Of a DNA stretch of 64,000 nt, positions 12,513 through 24,775 are shown one piece after another (within the stretch, counting starts at the first letter, position 1; each line of letters starts with the position of its first letter). A program made the translations under genes and the position numbers. This DNA comes from Octopus sinensis. Taxonomy: Eukaryota. The notes under the pieces are model-generated. The model was not told where the DNA came from, made no database searches, and saw nothing but the letters and a program-made list of their open reading frames with translations. The stretch is from positions 1,116,001 through 1,180,000 of the forward strand of contig NC_043003.1 of the NCBI RefSeq assembly GCF_006345805.1, given 5' to 3'.

Positions 12513-13466
12513 ATAAATGTTCATATATATGTATATGTATGTATGTATGTAAAGACACCAAATGGGCATCCAGTCAGTTTCTGTCAACTAAATCCACTCA
12601 CAAGGCATTGGTCGGCCCAAGACACTTGCTCAAGACGTCAGGGGTAATTGAACCCGAAACCATGTGTTTGTAACCTATAAATGTGTCAATGATTTTGAAC
12701 GCGGAAAGGATAATTGCTATAGTTTTTGTGCATCATCCATCATGGCGTGGAAACTGATAGTAAAGGATGAGGTAGGGAAACCCAGTTGTACAACGCGTGA
12801 GCTCGGTTCAACATAAAGTTAACTCTTGTTTTGCTGACACGTCACGAATGACGTAATTTCCCTCATCCCGTTCGGACGTTATGGTTATTATACGGTGTAT
12901 AGTGCATCCACAGATGTTGAGAGTGGAGCAAAAGTTGACAAACAAATATCACGATGACTCACTTGAAGTGAAAACTGTAACGTGAGAAACTGAAAACCAA
13001 TGTTGTATGCAAAATATTCAAATGCAGTATTTTATACAAAGGCATGTGTAGGACATTACAAAAACATGGCGTGAATTTTTTCAGTAACAACTGAGACTTC
13101 AAACAAACCAGCAACAAAGGGTTTCCGAATATTTCTGAAATCTTTTCTGGTTGAAAAGAGAATAAAACTTGCATTCTTAGATTATTTCTTTTCTTTACAT
13201 TCTTAGATTTTTGAGGAAATAAGAAATCAGCGAATAACTATTAAGAGACACCAGTTCTGGCTCGGAATAAAATGTTGCTGTTTTTTTTCTTTTATCTTTT
13301 TACATGTTTCAGTCATTAGACTGCGGCCATGCTGGGGCACCGCCCAGAAGTTATAGTCGAATGAATGAATCGACTCAAGTACTTCTTTCTCAAGCCTGGT
13401 TCTTATTCTTAGTATTTTGCCGAACTGCTAAGTTACAGGAACGCAAACACGCCAATACCAGTAGTC

Positions 13467-13552
<86 letters not shown>

Positions 13553-13720
13553 TAGGCGCAGGAGTGGCTGTGTGGTAAGTTGCTCGCTTACCAAGCACAC
13601 GGTTCCGGGTTCAGTCCCACTGCGTGGCACCCTGGGTAAGTGTCTTCTACTATAGCCTCAGGCCGACCAAAGCCTTGTGAGTGGATTTAGTAGATGACGG
13701 AAACTGAAAGAAGCCCCTCG
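13553..13720 (+). mobile_element. tRNA-derived SINE family B head
   Basis: GGCGCAGGAGTGGCTGTGTGGTAAG..GGTTCCGGGTTCAGTCCCACTGCGTGGCACC..GACGGAAACTGAAAGAAGCCC. Confidence 0.85.
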
Positions 13721-13726
13721 TATATA

Positions 13727-15110
13727 TTTTTTTCATTTCATTTAGTTTCAACTCACGAGCTGTGGCCATGCTGGGGCACCGCCATTTGGTGTTGCTACAT
13801 GATTTTACTTCACGAATGCTTTTTAGCAACTGCCATTTGGTGCATGAGAGAGTTTGATGCAGCTGCCCTCATTTGCACCTCCTGTCGTGAAGTTGGTTCA
13901 TCTGGGACACCTGACAGGAAGAGGTCCAACTTTATTTTGAAGACATCTGCATCCACCCTATGCAGGTCTCTCAGGTCCTTCGGGAGGGTATTGAAGAGCT
14001 GTGGACCTCTGAAGCCCAGACTATCGCAGTATCTTGTCCTACATCTTGATGGTAAATTTGGAGTCCTTGGCACTATCCAGTGGCGCCCAGTCCTAGTATT
14101 TGTGTAACTCTCGATGCCAAAGTTTGGGACAAGTCCTTCCAGGATCTTTCAGATGTACATTATGGTATATCTTTCTCGCCTACGCTCTGAGGAATAGAGT
14201 CTTAATCCCAATAGCTTATATGCTGCATAGAGGCTATCTTCTTCGTGTACAGTGGTCTTTCTCTCTGGGACACATTTGTAGCATATGGCTTGCATTACAG
14301 ACATGAATTGTTGAAGTTTCATGTCGATGTCTGGTGAGGAGAGACATTTAGGCCAGTTTTGTTTGAGGATCTCTTTCTCAATTTGTTTCCAGTTTGCCTT
14401 ATGGAAGTTCAAGCAGGAAAAATTCTGAGAGTTTCTTGTAGGCTGCATGTCCATGCTTTCCTTTGGCCCGTACATGGCCAACTCTACCATGTTGTGATCC
14501 GAGAGTAGTGTCGGTGTCACTTTCACATTATGGATGAGATCCATATTATTTGTGAAGCAGAGATCCAGTATGTTACCTGCCCTGGTTGGCTGGAGTATTA
14601 TTTGCTCCATGTACAGAGAGTTGACGAGGTTCAGGAGGGATCTCGCCTGTCCTCGTTCGCATCGTGTCATTCCTGGGAGAGAAAGGCCCTCGGGCCATCT
14701 GACATTGGGCAGATTGAAGTCTCCCATAAGAAGTACACTTATATGTTGTTCTAATGTGACTAGAACAACATCTGGAGGGCGATATGTAGCACATATAACT
14801 ACACCGAGTTGCCTTATATGTACAACTAGTGTGTCACACACCGAATTTGAATACGACAAAAGGACCTGGGGTGTAAGGTCCTCGCGGATGTACATAGCAA
14901 CTCCACCATGACTCCTTTCTTTTCTGTCGGCCCGTAATACAACATACGGGTGTATGTGTATTTCCGCATTTGCTATATCTGGTTTCAGGTGTGTTTCCGT
15001 AAGTGTTATGCATAAGGCTTGATTGCATGCAACAAGGTCTCTCAAGAAAGGGATTTTTGTCCTGTTACTGAGTGTTAGCAGTCCTCTGATGTTCAGTAGG
15101 AGCATCGAGG
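13727..15110 (-). mobile_element. CR1-group LINE with intact APE endonuclease and C-terminus but RT deleted
   Basis: ORF 14149-15105 has LNIRGL, LTETHL, YRPPD, GDFNLP, LDLCFTN and SDH. At about 14252 it jumps to the C-terminal LYSSERRRERY motif. ORF 13810-14073 has GPQLFNTLP..KLDLFLSGVPDEP, and the tail is (TGAAA)n-like. Confidence 0.88.
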
Positions 15111-15113
15111 TGA

Positions 15114-15605
15114 TGTGTGTGTGTTGTTGCTAGTGGTGTCCACAGAAATTGAAAGGAGATTATTCACAGAATGTAAACAAAAATGAGGTCCTAACTCAGA
15201 CGTTACATTGAATTACGGGAAAATAAACAAATGAAAAGGATACTTATCCGCAAGAGGCAAAATTCCAAATCCCTGTCCCTATTCGATGAAGTTTTCTTTC
15301 AAAAAAGAAAAGAAAACAATTCCTTTTGCTTCTTACAGTCGGCTGGAATTAAACTTACGAATTGCCACCACGTGCTTTTTCGACGGAAAATTTCGCATGC
15401 GTAACAAACTTTAATGTATCATATTTGGCTTGAAGCGAAATATATTACGGTTTTTAACTAATATATCCCAGTAGACCGCTATGAGATAATAAGTTCTACG
15501 TTTTTATCAGTTTTAGCAGATTATTTCGTCAATTTATGCAACCTTTTTTGTTTTTGTTTTTTTTCACAGAGAGAAGAAAACACGTCCTTCTTCTACGAAA
15601 GCGGA

Positions 15606-15664
<59 letters not shown>

Positions 15665-16819
15665 TATATATATACAACTAATGTAGGATAACATTTTTTT
15701 CGAAAAAAAAAAAATTTATCAATGGCCAGCATATCAAAAAATACCTTTAAAGGTTAAATTTATAAATAACTTATAATTTAAGGGGAAAAGAAAATTTCTA
15801 ATGCCAAATATGCCGAAAAAGACAAAATTGTCCATAACCGCTTAAATTATAATGGTTATTGACAATTTTGTCTTTTTCGGCATATTTGGCATTAGAACTT
15901 TTCTTTTGCCCTTTTTATATATATATATATATATATGAATATATGCGTGTGTGTGTATATGTTTGTGTGTGTGTGTGTGTGTGTGTGTTGTTGCTAGTGG
16001 TGTCCACAGAAATTGAAAGGAGATTATTCACAGAATGTAACAAAAATGAGGTCCTAACTCAGACGTTACATTGAATTACGGGAAAATAAACAAATGAAAA
16101 GGATACTTATCCGCAAGAGGCAAAATTCCAAATCCCTGTCCCTATTCGATGAAGTTTTCTTTCAAAAAAGAAAAGAAAACAATTCCTTTTGCTTCTTACA
16201 GTCGGCTGGAATTAAACTTACGAATTGCCACCACGTGCTTTTTCGACGGAAAATTTCGCATGCGTAACAAACTTTAATGTATCATATTTGGCTTGAAGCG
16301 AAATATATTACGGTTTTTAACTAATATATCCCAGTAGACCGCTATGAGATAATAAGTTCTACGTTTTTATCAGTTTTAGCAGATTATTTCGTCAATTTAT
16401 GCAACCCTTTTTTGTTTTTGTTTTTTTTCACAGAGAGAAGAAAACACGTCCTTCTTCTACGAAAGCGGAAGTTTATATATATATATATATATTATATATA
16501 TATATATATAATATATATATATATACAACTAATGTAGGATAACATTTTTTTCGAAAAAAAAAAAAAATTTATCAATGGCCAGCATATCAAAAAATACCTT
16601 TAAAGGTTAAATTTATAAATAACTTATAATTTAAGGGGAAAAGAAAATTTCTAATGCCAAATATGCCGAAAAAGACAAAATTGTCCATAACCGCTTAAAT
16701 TATAATGGTTATTGACAATTTTGTCTTTTTCGGCATATTGGCATTAGAACTTTTCTTTCTTTCTTTTGCCCTTTTTATATATATATATATATATATGAAT
16801 ATATGCGTGTGTGTGTATA

Positions 16820-16870
<51 letters not shown>
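15114..16870. repeat. Tandem direct duplication of an about 864 bp unit
   Basis: GCTAGTGGTGTCCACAG occurs at 15129 and 15993. The units are near identical and the junctions lie in (TG)n. Confidence 0.92.
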
Positions 16871-16876
<6 letters not shown>

Positions 16877-17262
16877 GTTTGTCTCCCCCCTCCCAAAATC
16901 GCTTGACAACCTATCCTGGTGTGTTTACGTCCCCGTAACTTAGCGGTTCGGCAAAAGAGACTGATAGACTAAGTACTAGGCTTACAAAGAATAAGTCCTG
17001 GGATCTATTTGCTCGACTAAAGGTGGTGCTCCAGCATGGCGGCAGTCAAATAACTGAAACAAGTAAAAGAATAAAAAAAATACGACGAGCTTCTTTCAGT
17101 TTCCGTCAACCAAATCCACTGACAGGGCTTTGGTCGGCCCGGGGCTAGAGTAGAAGACACTCGCCCTCGGTGCCACCCCGTTCGTCTGAACCCGAAGCCA
17201 TGTGGCTGGGAAGCAAGCTACTTACCACACAGCCACGCATGCGCCAATCTGCTTACGTCACT
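16870..17262. mobile_element. SINE B tail (+) abutting a SINE B head (-)
   Basis: The tail ends ..ACTGAAACAAGTAAAAGA at about 17075, and an antisense head starts CGACGAGCTTCTTTCAGTTTCCGTC at about 17083. Confidence 0.8.
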
Positions 17263-18239
17263 GACAAGAAAAGATGTTTACTAAGGTAAACGTGAGTGTT
17301 TTAACGAACGCTTAAACTGGATTAAAAGATTAATAATGCAGGAAATGATTAATCTTTTTATCTTTTACTTGTTTCTGTCATTGGACTGAAGCCATGCTGG
17401 AGCACCGAACCAGACGTTTTTAAAGTCTGGTACTTAAATTTAATCGTCTCTTTAGCCACACTCCTAAGTAACGGGAATGTAAACAAGACAATACCGGTTG
17501 TCAAGCGATGATGAGGGACAAACACAAAGACACACACACACACACACACACACAGACACACACACACACACAAATACACACACACAATTCAAACTTAGTA
17601 CGAGTCCATATCTCGTAGAATTCAAGCTGTAATTATTGCCAAAGGTGGTCCAACCCCACATCAAAATAAATTTGTTTTGTCCAACCCCTGTATGTGTGAG
17701 TATACATAAATACATGCATACACACACATACATACATACATACATACATACATACATACATACACACATACACACCTTCACAAGACATTGGTTGGCCTGG
17801 AGCTATAGCAGAAGATACTTGTCCAAGGATCCGTGCAGCAGGATTGAACCCGAGACTACATTATTGCCAAGTGAGCTTCTAAACTACACGGCCATGCTTT
17901 ATTTTTTTAATTAACTTAGAAATAGCTAATTCATATACCTTGCATTGAAGAGTAAGCTCTCACGCAATCTCCAACTGCTCATGCTTCCATGAAATGACGC
18001 CATATCGTTGTCTTTTTAAAACTCGATCAGCCATAGAGGAACAAATCTATAATCGAAGGCATCCAACCTGTGACCACACAGCCACGCCTTCACCTCTCAA
18101 CTTTTCACTGATGATGAAGTACTCTGTCCAAAAACGTTAGATTCCTCACTCTTCCCGGCTGGCTCTTTTATCGGTTTTACTAGATAACACTGGAATATAA
18201 GTAAGTTTAGACATCTCCGAACAGTTCTATGACCGAGGT

Positions 18240-19030
18240 AGATATTCTTTTCTACTCTAGGCACAGGGCCAGAAATTTTGGAGGAGGGAACCAGTCGATT
18301 AGATCGACCCCAGTACGTAATTGGCACTTAATTTATCGACCCAGAAAGGAAAAAAGGCAAAGTCGACCTCGGCGGAATTTGAACTCAGAACATAAAGACA
18401 GACGAAATACTAAGCATTTCGCCCGGCGTGCTAACGTTTTTGCCAACTCACCGCCTTAAGAATTATATATTCTTTTCTGCTCTAGGTACAAGGCGCGAAA
18501 TTTTGGGGGAGGGGGACTGTCAATTAGACCGACCCCAGTACGCAACTGGTACTTAATTTATCGAAGCCGAAAGGATGAAAGTCAAAGTCGACCTCGGCTG
18601 AATTTGAACTCAGAACCTATTTCTTTACTACCCACAAGGGGCTAAACACAGAGGGGACAAACAAGGACAGACAAACGGATTAAGTCGATTACATCGGCTC
18701 TAGTGCGTAATTGGTACTTATTTAATCGACCCCGAAAGGATGAAAGGCAAAGTCGACCTCGGCGGGATTTGAACTCAGAACGTAACGGCAGACGAAATAC
18801 CTTTTGCTTTACTACCCACAAGGGGTTAAACACAGAAAGGACAAACAAGGACAGAGAAACGGATTAACTCGATTTCATCGACCCAGTGCATAACTGGTAC
18901 TTTATCTATCGAACCCGAAAGGATGAAAGGCAAAGTCGACCTCGGCGGAATTTGAACTCAGAACGTAACGGCAGACGAAATACCGCTAAGCATTTCACCC
19001 GGCGTGCTACAGTTTCTGCCAGCTTGCAGC
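18240..19030 (-). mobile_element. Head-to-tail array of about four SINE family A units
   Basis: AAAGTCGACCTCGGC recurs four times, at about 18360, 18585, 18750 and 18930. Confidence 0.85.
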
Positions 19031-20003
19031 CTTCTGTGACCAGAAATATTACCCTGGATTCGATCACTGTCTCAGTCTAGAAAACACCCTAATGTTCTGC
19101 TGCAAATAGGCTGCAGACTGAGCTATTTTCATACCCTTTCGTTCACATGAACACTTGCAAGGTGCACATGTTTGACTAAATGTGTTGGGAAGGTGTGAAG
19201 GGAATTTATGATCGTTTGTTTAAAATCTTTTGGCAAATTTCAAGAACGTGAAACAGTCGTGTAAATATAAAATAGAAAGAATATTTTTAAATTGAAATCT
19301 TTTTAAAGTAACACTATGTTGTCCGGACGTGATATTCTGGGGGGAACACCCCTCTCCAGAATTATTGTTAAAGGGAAACGTTGGAGATTTTTATGTGACT
19401 CAGTTTCACACCACATCTGTGTATGTGTGAGTGTTGGCGAGAGTGAGAGAAGGGGGGAGAGATAGAGAGAGAGAGAGAGAAAGAAATAGTGGGAGAGAGA
19501 AGATATAGGAGAGAGGAATTTGCGCGTGTGTGTGTGTGTGTGTGTAAGTGCACGCGCGCCCTGTCAAGGAGAAATAAATTTTGTCAAAGAATTAGGTTAC
19601 TGGCAAGCAGCTTTCATTTTGTAATTATTTTATCGATTTCTTTGAAATGAAAGGCTAAGTTGACCGTGATGTAATTCGTACTAAATGCACAATACATCGA
19701 ACTCTTAGTTATCATACACCTCGATCTGTATCGAACATCTTTACTGCTATGTTTGATGGTGTTACTAATGGACTGATCATGTCTTCTGTTCCTTTCATGA
19801 ATGTTTGGCACAGCCGTGGCTGTGTGGTTAAGAAGCTTGATTTGCAACCAGGTAATCTTAGGTTCAATCCTATTGGAAGGCATTTAGGCAAATATCTTCA
19901 ACTATTGCCCGGGATTCGATTAATGTCATGTGAGTGAACTTGGTTTTGGTAGGCGAAGTGTGTCGAAGCCCGTAGTGTGTGTTTATATGTGTGTGTAGAT
20001 AGA

Positions 20004-20049
<46 letters not shown>

Positions 20050-20584
20050 TAGATTAGTTATAGGATCAATAGAATCTAGGCACATCAACACTTAGGACGC
20101 CAGAAATGGCTAGGCACAATAACATAGGATTCACAGTGAGGTAAAACAACCATGAAGGTATCAGGTGTTGGTAGGATACTGTGTGTTTGTGTGTGTGTGT
20201 GTGTGTGTGTTTTATATCCACCGCTTGACAACTAGCGTTGGTTTGTTTACGTCCTCGCAACCTAGCGGCTCGCCAAAGTAGACTCGATAGAATAAATACT
20301 ACACTTTAAAAAATAAAGCACTGCGGTTCAATTTGTTCGACTAAACTCTTCAAGGCGGTGCTCCAGCGTGGGCCGCAGACCAATGACTGAAACAAGTGAA
20401 ATGCGAAATGTAGTAGTGCCCCCAAAGCACTTTATACAGTCTACCTTTTCTTAAGATAATAGTGAGTTGAGTGATTTGGTTACTATTTCTAGCATAGCGA
20501 ATGACGACATAGAGCAGGGTTCTCAATCCCTTTTTAATCATCGACCCCTTCGATTCCTATTCAACTTGTGTGGAAATTAATTAT

Positions 20585-21025
20585 AGGCGCAGGAGTCACT
20601 GTGTGGTAATTAGCTTGCTTACCAACCACATGGTTCCGGGTTCAGTCCCACTGCGGGGCACCTTGGGCAAGCATCTGCTACTATAGCCTCGGGCCGCCCA
20701 AAGCCTTGTGAGTGGATTTGGTAGACGGAAACTGAAAGAAGCCCGTCGTATATATATATATATTATATATATATATATATTATATATATATATATATATA
20801 TCTGTGTGTGTGTGTTTGTGTGTGTGTTTGTCACCCCACCATCGCTTGACAACCGATGTTGGCGTGTTTACGTCCCTGTAACCTAGCCGTTCGGCAAAAG
20901 AGAACAATAGAATAAGTACCAGGCTTACAAAACAATAAGTCCTGGAGGGGGGGCGATTTGTTCGACTAAAGGCGGTGCTCCAGCATGGCCGCGGTCAAAT
21001 GACTGAAACAAAAAGAAAAGAACAA
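20585..21025 (+). mobile_element. Complete bipartite SINE B: head, (TA)n(TG)n, tail
   Basis: Head 20585-20748, microsatellite 20749-20828, tail ending GGCGGTGCTCCAGCATGGCC..GACTGAAAC. Confidence 0.88.
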
Positions 21026-22013
21026 AAGAAAGAATAACTATAAGAAATTGTATAAAATAAAACATTCTGTGTTGTTGAAAAAACCGATTTATTGCATCTA
21101 AACTTTAACCCTAAAATCTCATAAGCGCCCCCAACGGACATTAGGGCCCTAGATGAGCATCACTAGTAGTGAGCACCCATTGCTATGTGGGTTTTGCCTT
21201 CCTTTGGATAACCACTCCATCTTAATCCCACAAAAAAAGACAATTAGCAACATACACATCGATTTCTGAGTATTAATCATTAGATTCTTTCTTTGCCAGT
21301 CTTAAATCGATATCAGAGATCTCCAAGGAGAAGAGAAAATGAGAAAGTGTGGCGTTTATGAGTTTCCAAAGAGAAGCAATGATGTGAAGTGAAATGGAAT
21401 CAAGCGAAAGAGCGACAAATCAGATTCAAACTCAAATCGTAGACCCAGATTTACGTCGCTCGACGACAAACATATTCTGTATTCCCTGGATTTCATCAAT
21501 TTAATATATCTAATGTGTCTAATTTGTTTATCCGCATAATTGCCTCTATCCCCGCTCGACCTGATCCCTTTCACAGCTTTTCTTTACCTTGTGGAATGAT
21601 CCCCTGTAAAGACATTGGAGCCGAAGTTTGAACCTTTTGAGCACTGTCTTCCATGCGGGCAATCTCTGGATCTCTTCTCTGGATTATATTACCAGGCGTC
21701 ATTAACACAAACATGGCTGTGTGCAAAGAAAACTCGATTTCCAGCCAGATTGTTTCGGGTGGAACCCTATATCGTGGCGCAGGAGTGGTTGTGTGGTAAG
21801 TAGCTTGTTTACCAACCACATTGTTCCGGGTTCAGTCCCACTGCGTAGCACCTTGGGCAAGTATCTTCTACTATAGCCTTGGGCTGACCAAAGTCTTGTA
21901 AGTGGATTTGGTAGACGGAAACTGAAAGAAGCCCGCCGCAAATATGTGTGTGTGTGTGTGTGTGTGTGGGTGTATGCGCGCGCGCATGTATATATATATA
22001 CATGTCGCCATGA

Positions 22014-22300
<287 letters not shown>

Positions 22301-22990
22301 GTATGTATGTATGTATGTATGTATGTATGAATGCGTGTGTATGCATACACGACAGGCTTCAATGCAGTTTCCATCAGCCAAATTCGCACAGAAGACATTT
22401 TTCGTTTTGAAACTATTGTAGAAGACAAAACACTTGTCCAAGGTGATGCGAACCAGAAACCAGGTGGTTCCGAAGCGAGCTTCGTAACCATGCAGCCATG
22501 CCAGCACCTATAAAACCAAAATATGCCAAGGGTCATCATCGTTTCTACCACGGATCCCGTTATTCGTTTTCCTCTCTCCATTTCCTATTTCCAACATTAT
22601 TCGTCTGTTGGGATTCCTGTCCATCACAATTAGTCTTTTGTTTATTCTGAGTTGTCCATTTTGTATTTATGTTTCATGTTTAACATGTTTCACTCATTAG
22701 ACTGCGGCCATGCTGGGGCACCGCCTTGAAGAATTTTTATTTGATCAAATCGGCCTCAGTACTTATATATTCTTTTTATAAGCCTGGTATTTATTATATC
22801 TGGCTCTTTTGCCGGACTGCTAAGTTACGGGGACGTAAGCACATCAACATTAGTTGTCAAGCTACGGTAGGAGACACTCATTCACACACACACACACACA
22901 TATAATATAATGTAACATATATATATTGGTGCATTGTTGTACCATTATCTTACATATATATCTCATATATATATTTTATATATATATTTC

Positions 22991-23287
22991 ACCAATGGAG
23001 AAGTTCTTAAGCAGATCAGGCCGAAAATGTCGCTACAAGCTAGGATCACCAAGCATAGATTGGCATATTTTGGTCATATTATGCGGAGAAAATCCCTGGA
23101 GAATGACATCGTACTCGGAATGGTCAGTGGTAAGAGAGGAAGAGGCCGACCAAGAACCCGCTGGCTTGACACCATCAAGAGTGATACTGAAATGGACATA
23201 GCCAATCTGAAAGAAGCGGCCCAGGATAGAACTGATTGGAGGACACTGATCCATCGAGTAACCGAGAGTCAACTTCGACTGAGCGGA
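22991..23287 (+). mobile_element. RTE-clade (BovB-like) LINE 3' fragment
   Basis: TNGEVLKQI..RLAYFGHIMRRKSLENDIVLGMVSGKRGRGRPRTRWLD..AAQDRTDWR..VTESQLRLS matches the layout of the RTE/BovB C-terminus. Confidence 0.85.
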
Positions 23288-23306
23288 TATATATATATAT
23301 ATATAT

Positions 23307-24480
23307 ATAGAAACAGACATTTTTTACAAAGCCACAGACGCCAAACAATACCTTCTTTTTAATTCATGCCACCCAAGACACACTAAAAGAAACATTTCCT
23401 TCAACCTTGCAAGAAGGATATGCACAATAGTGTCAGAACAAAATACCAGGAACTTTAGACTGCAAGAACTCAAAAACACCCTAATTGACAGACATTACCC
23501 AGCTCAACTCATAGAGGATGGGATCAGACGTGCAACAGAAATCAACATAGAAACTTTAAGAAAAGTTCAACACAACAACACACCTTCCCCGAAAATACTA
23601 CCTTACATATCCACATACAACCCAGAAACAAAGAAGCCTTCACCATCATCACCCAGAATTTACCAATACTTCATAAGGACCCCAAATTAAGGAAATTTTA
23701 AACATACACCAAATCATTAAAAGCTACAAACAGCCTAAATCACTTAAAAAGATTCTCACAAAGGCAAAATTGTTTTCTGAAATTACGGATGCAAAAGTAA
23801 AAAAATGTGGTAGACCGAACTGTGCAACATGTCCAAGCCTGCTAGAAGGATCAGAATTCCTCTTCAAAGAGGGACAGAAATTCAAGATCAAATCTAATTT
23901 TACTTGTGCCTCTGAAAACATAATTTATGTCATAAAATGCTCGGGCTGCCACCAAGACTACGTGGGATCCACGGAACTATCACTCAGACGTAGATGCACA
24001 CTGCATCGACAACAGATTGCATTCCCAGAATACAGAATGATACCTTTTAGTGAGCACATTGAGAAATGCGCAAAGCAACTACTACCACAATTTTTAATCT
24101 TTCCATTTTACCAATGTGCTATCGGAACACCAACACAAATTAGACTAAACAAGGAAACACTTTTCATTGAAAAGTACAAGCCCAGACTTAACCATTCCAA
24201 CATACTTATACAGAGAAATTCACTCCAAAGGAAAGACAAAAAAATTTAAGCGATTATCTCCCTTACACCGGAAGAAATCACTTATTACCTCCCCTTATCT
24301 AGAACTCTTTTCAACATAAACATAACGATAACTCTTCTCAACATAAACATAACGATGTAAGAAATTTGAAAAGCTGAACGCGAAACCGGTCATTTCTTCT
24401 AAACTATGTCATTGTAAGAAAAAAATTTATAATATTCTTCAGACATATTGACTAAAATATATATTTTTTAACCTTTTAAA
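23307..24480 (+). mobile_element. Penelope-like element 3' portion (RT thumb, GIY-YIG endonuclease, pLTR)
   Basis: IETDIFYKATDAKQYLLFNSCHPRH is followed by the CxxxxCxxC motif KCGRPNCATC and GIY-YIG-like NIIYVIKCSGCHQDYVGSTELSLRRRCTLH. There is a frameshift near 23630-23700. Confidence 0.92.
24359..24398 (+). ncRNA. Minimal type I hammerhead ribozyme with U3-A8 core variant
   Basis: Stem I is AAGAAAT/ATTTCTT (7 bp) and the core is TTGAAAA. Stem II is GC-TGAAC-GC, followed by GAA, a palindromic stem III ACCGGT and cleavage triplet GTC. It lies in the Penelope 3' region. Confidence 0.7.
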
Positions 24481-24521
24481 ACAAGCCTTCTGTAGTTTTT
24501 TCACTTTTTACTATTTTATAT

Positions 24522-24586
<65 letters not shown>

Positions 24587-24589
<3 letters not shown>

Positions 24590-24775
24590 GGAAGTTATAG
24601 AAAAACAAAAGACGAAGACAGGTATATGAACAACAAGCAAGTCTATTAGTTTGACGCTTGGGGAAAATGAAAAGGTCTTTTACGTTTCGAGCCTATGCTC
24701 TTCAACAGAAAGGAATAAGAGAAAATAAACAGAGAGAGAGAGAATGAAAAAAACCTTGTAGATTTCATCGGTCCA
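24587..24775 (-). mobile_element. Antisense copy of the 22014-22190 repeat
   Basis: The minus strand reads TTGAAGAGCATAGGCTCGAAACGTAAAAGAC. Confidence 0.6.

Noticed and set aside
13553-13630. tRNA-like heads of SINE families as tRNA genes
   Set aside because: They have A/B boxes but no complete cloverleaf, and run straight into SINE bodies.
18240-19030. CRISPR-like or prokaryotic repeat array
   Set aside because: The units are SINE multimers without unique spacers, and the window is eukaryotic.
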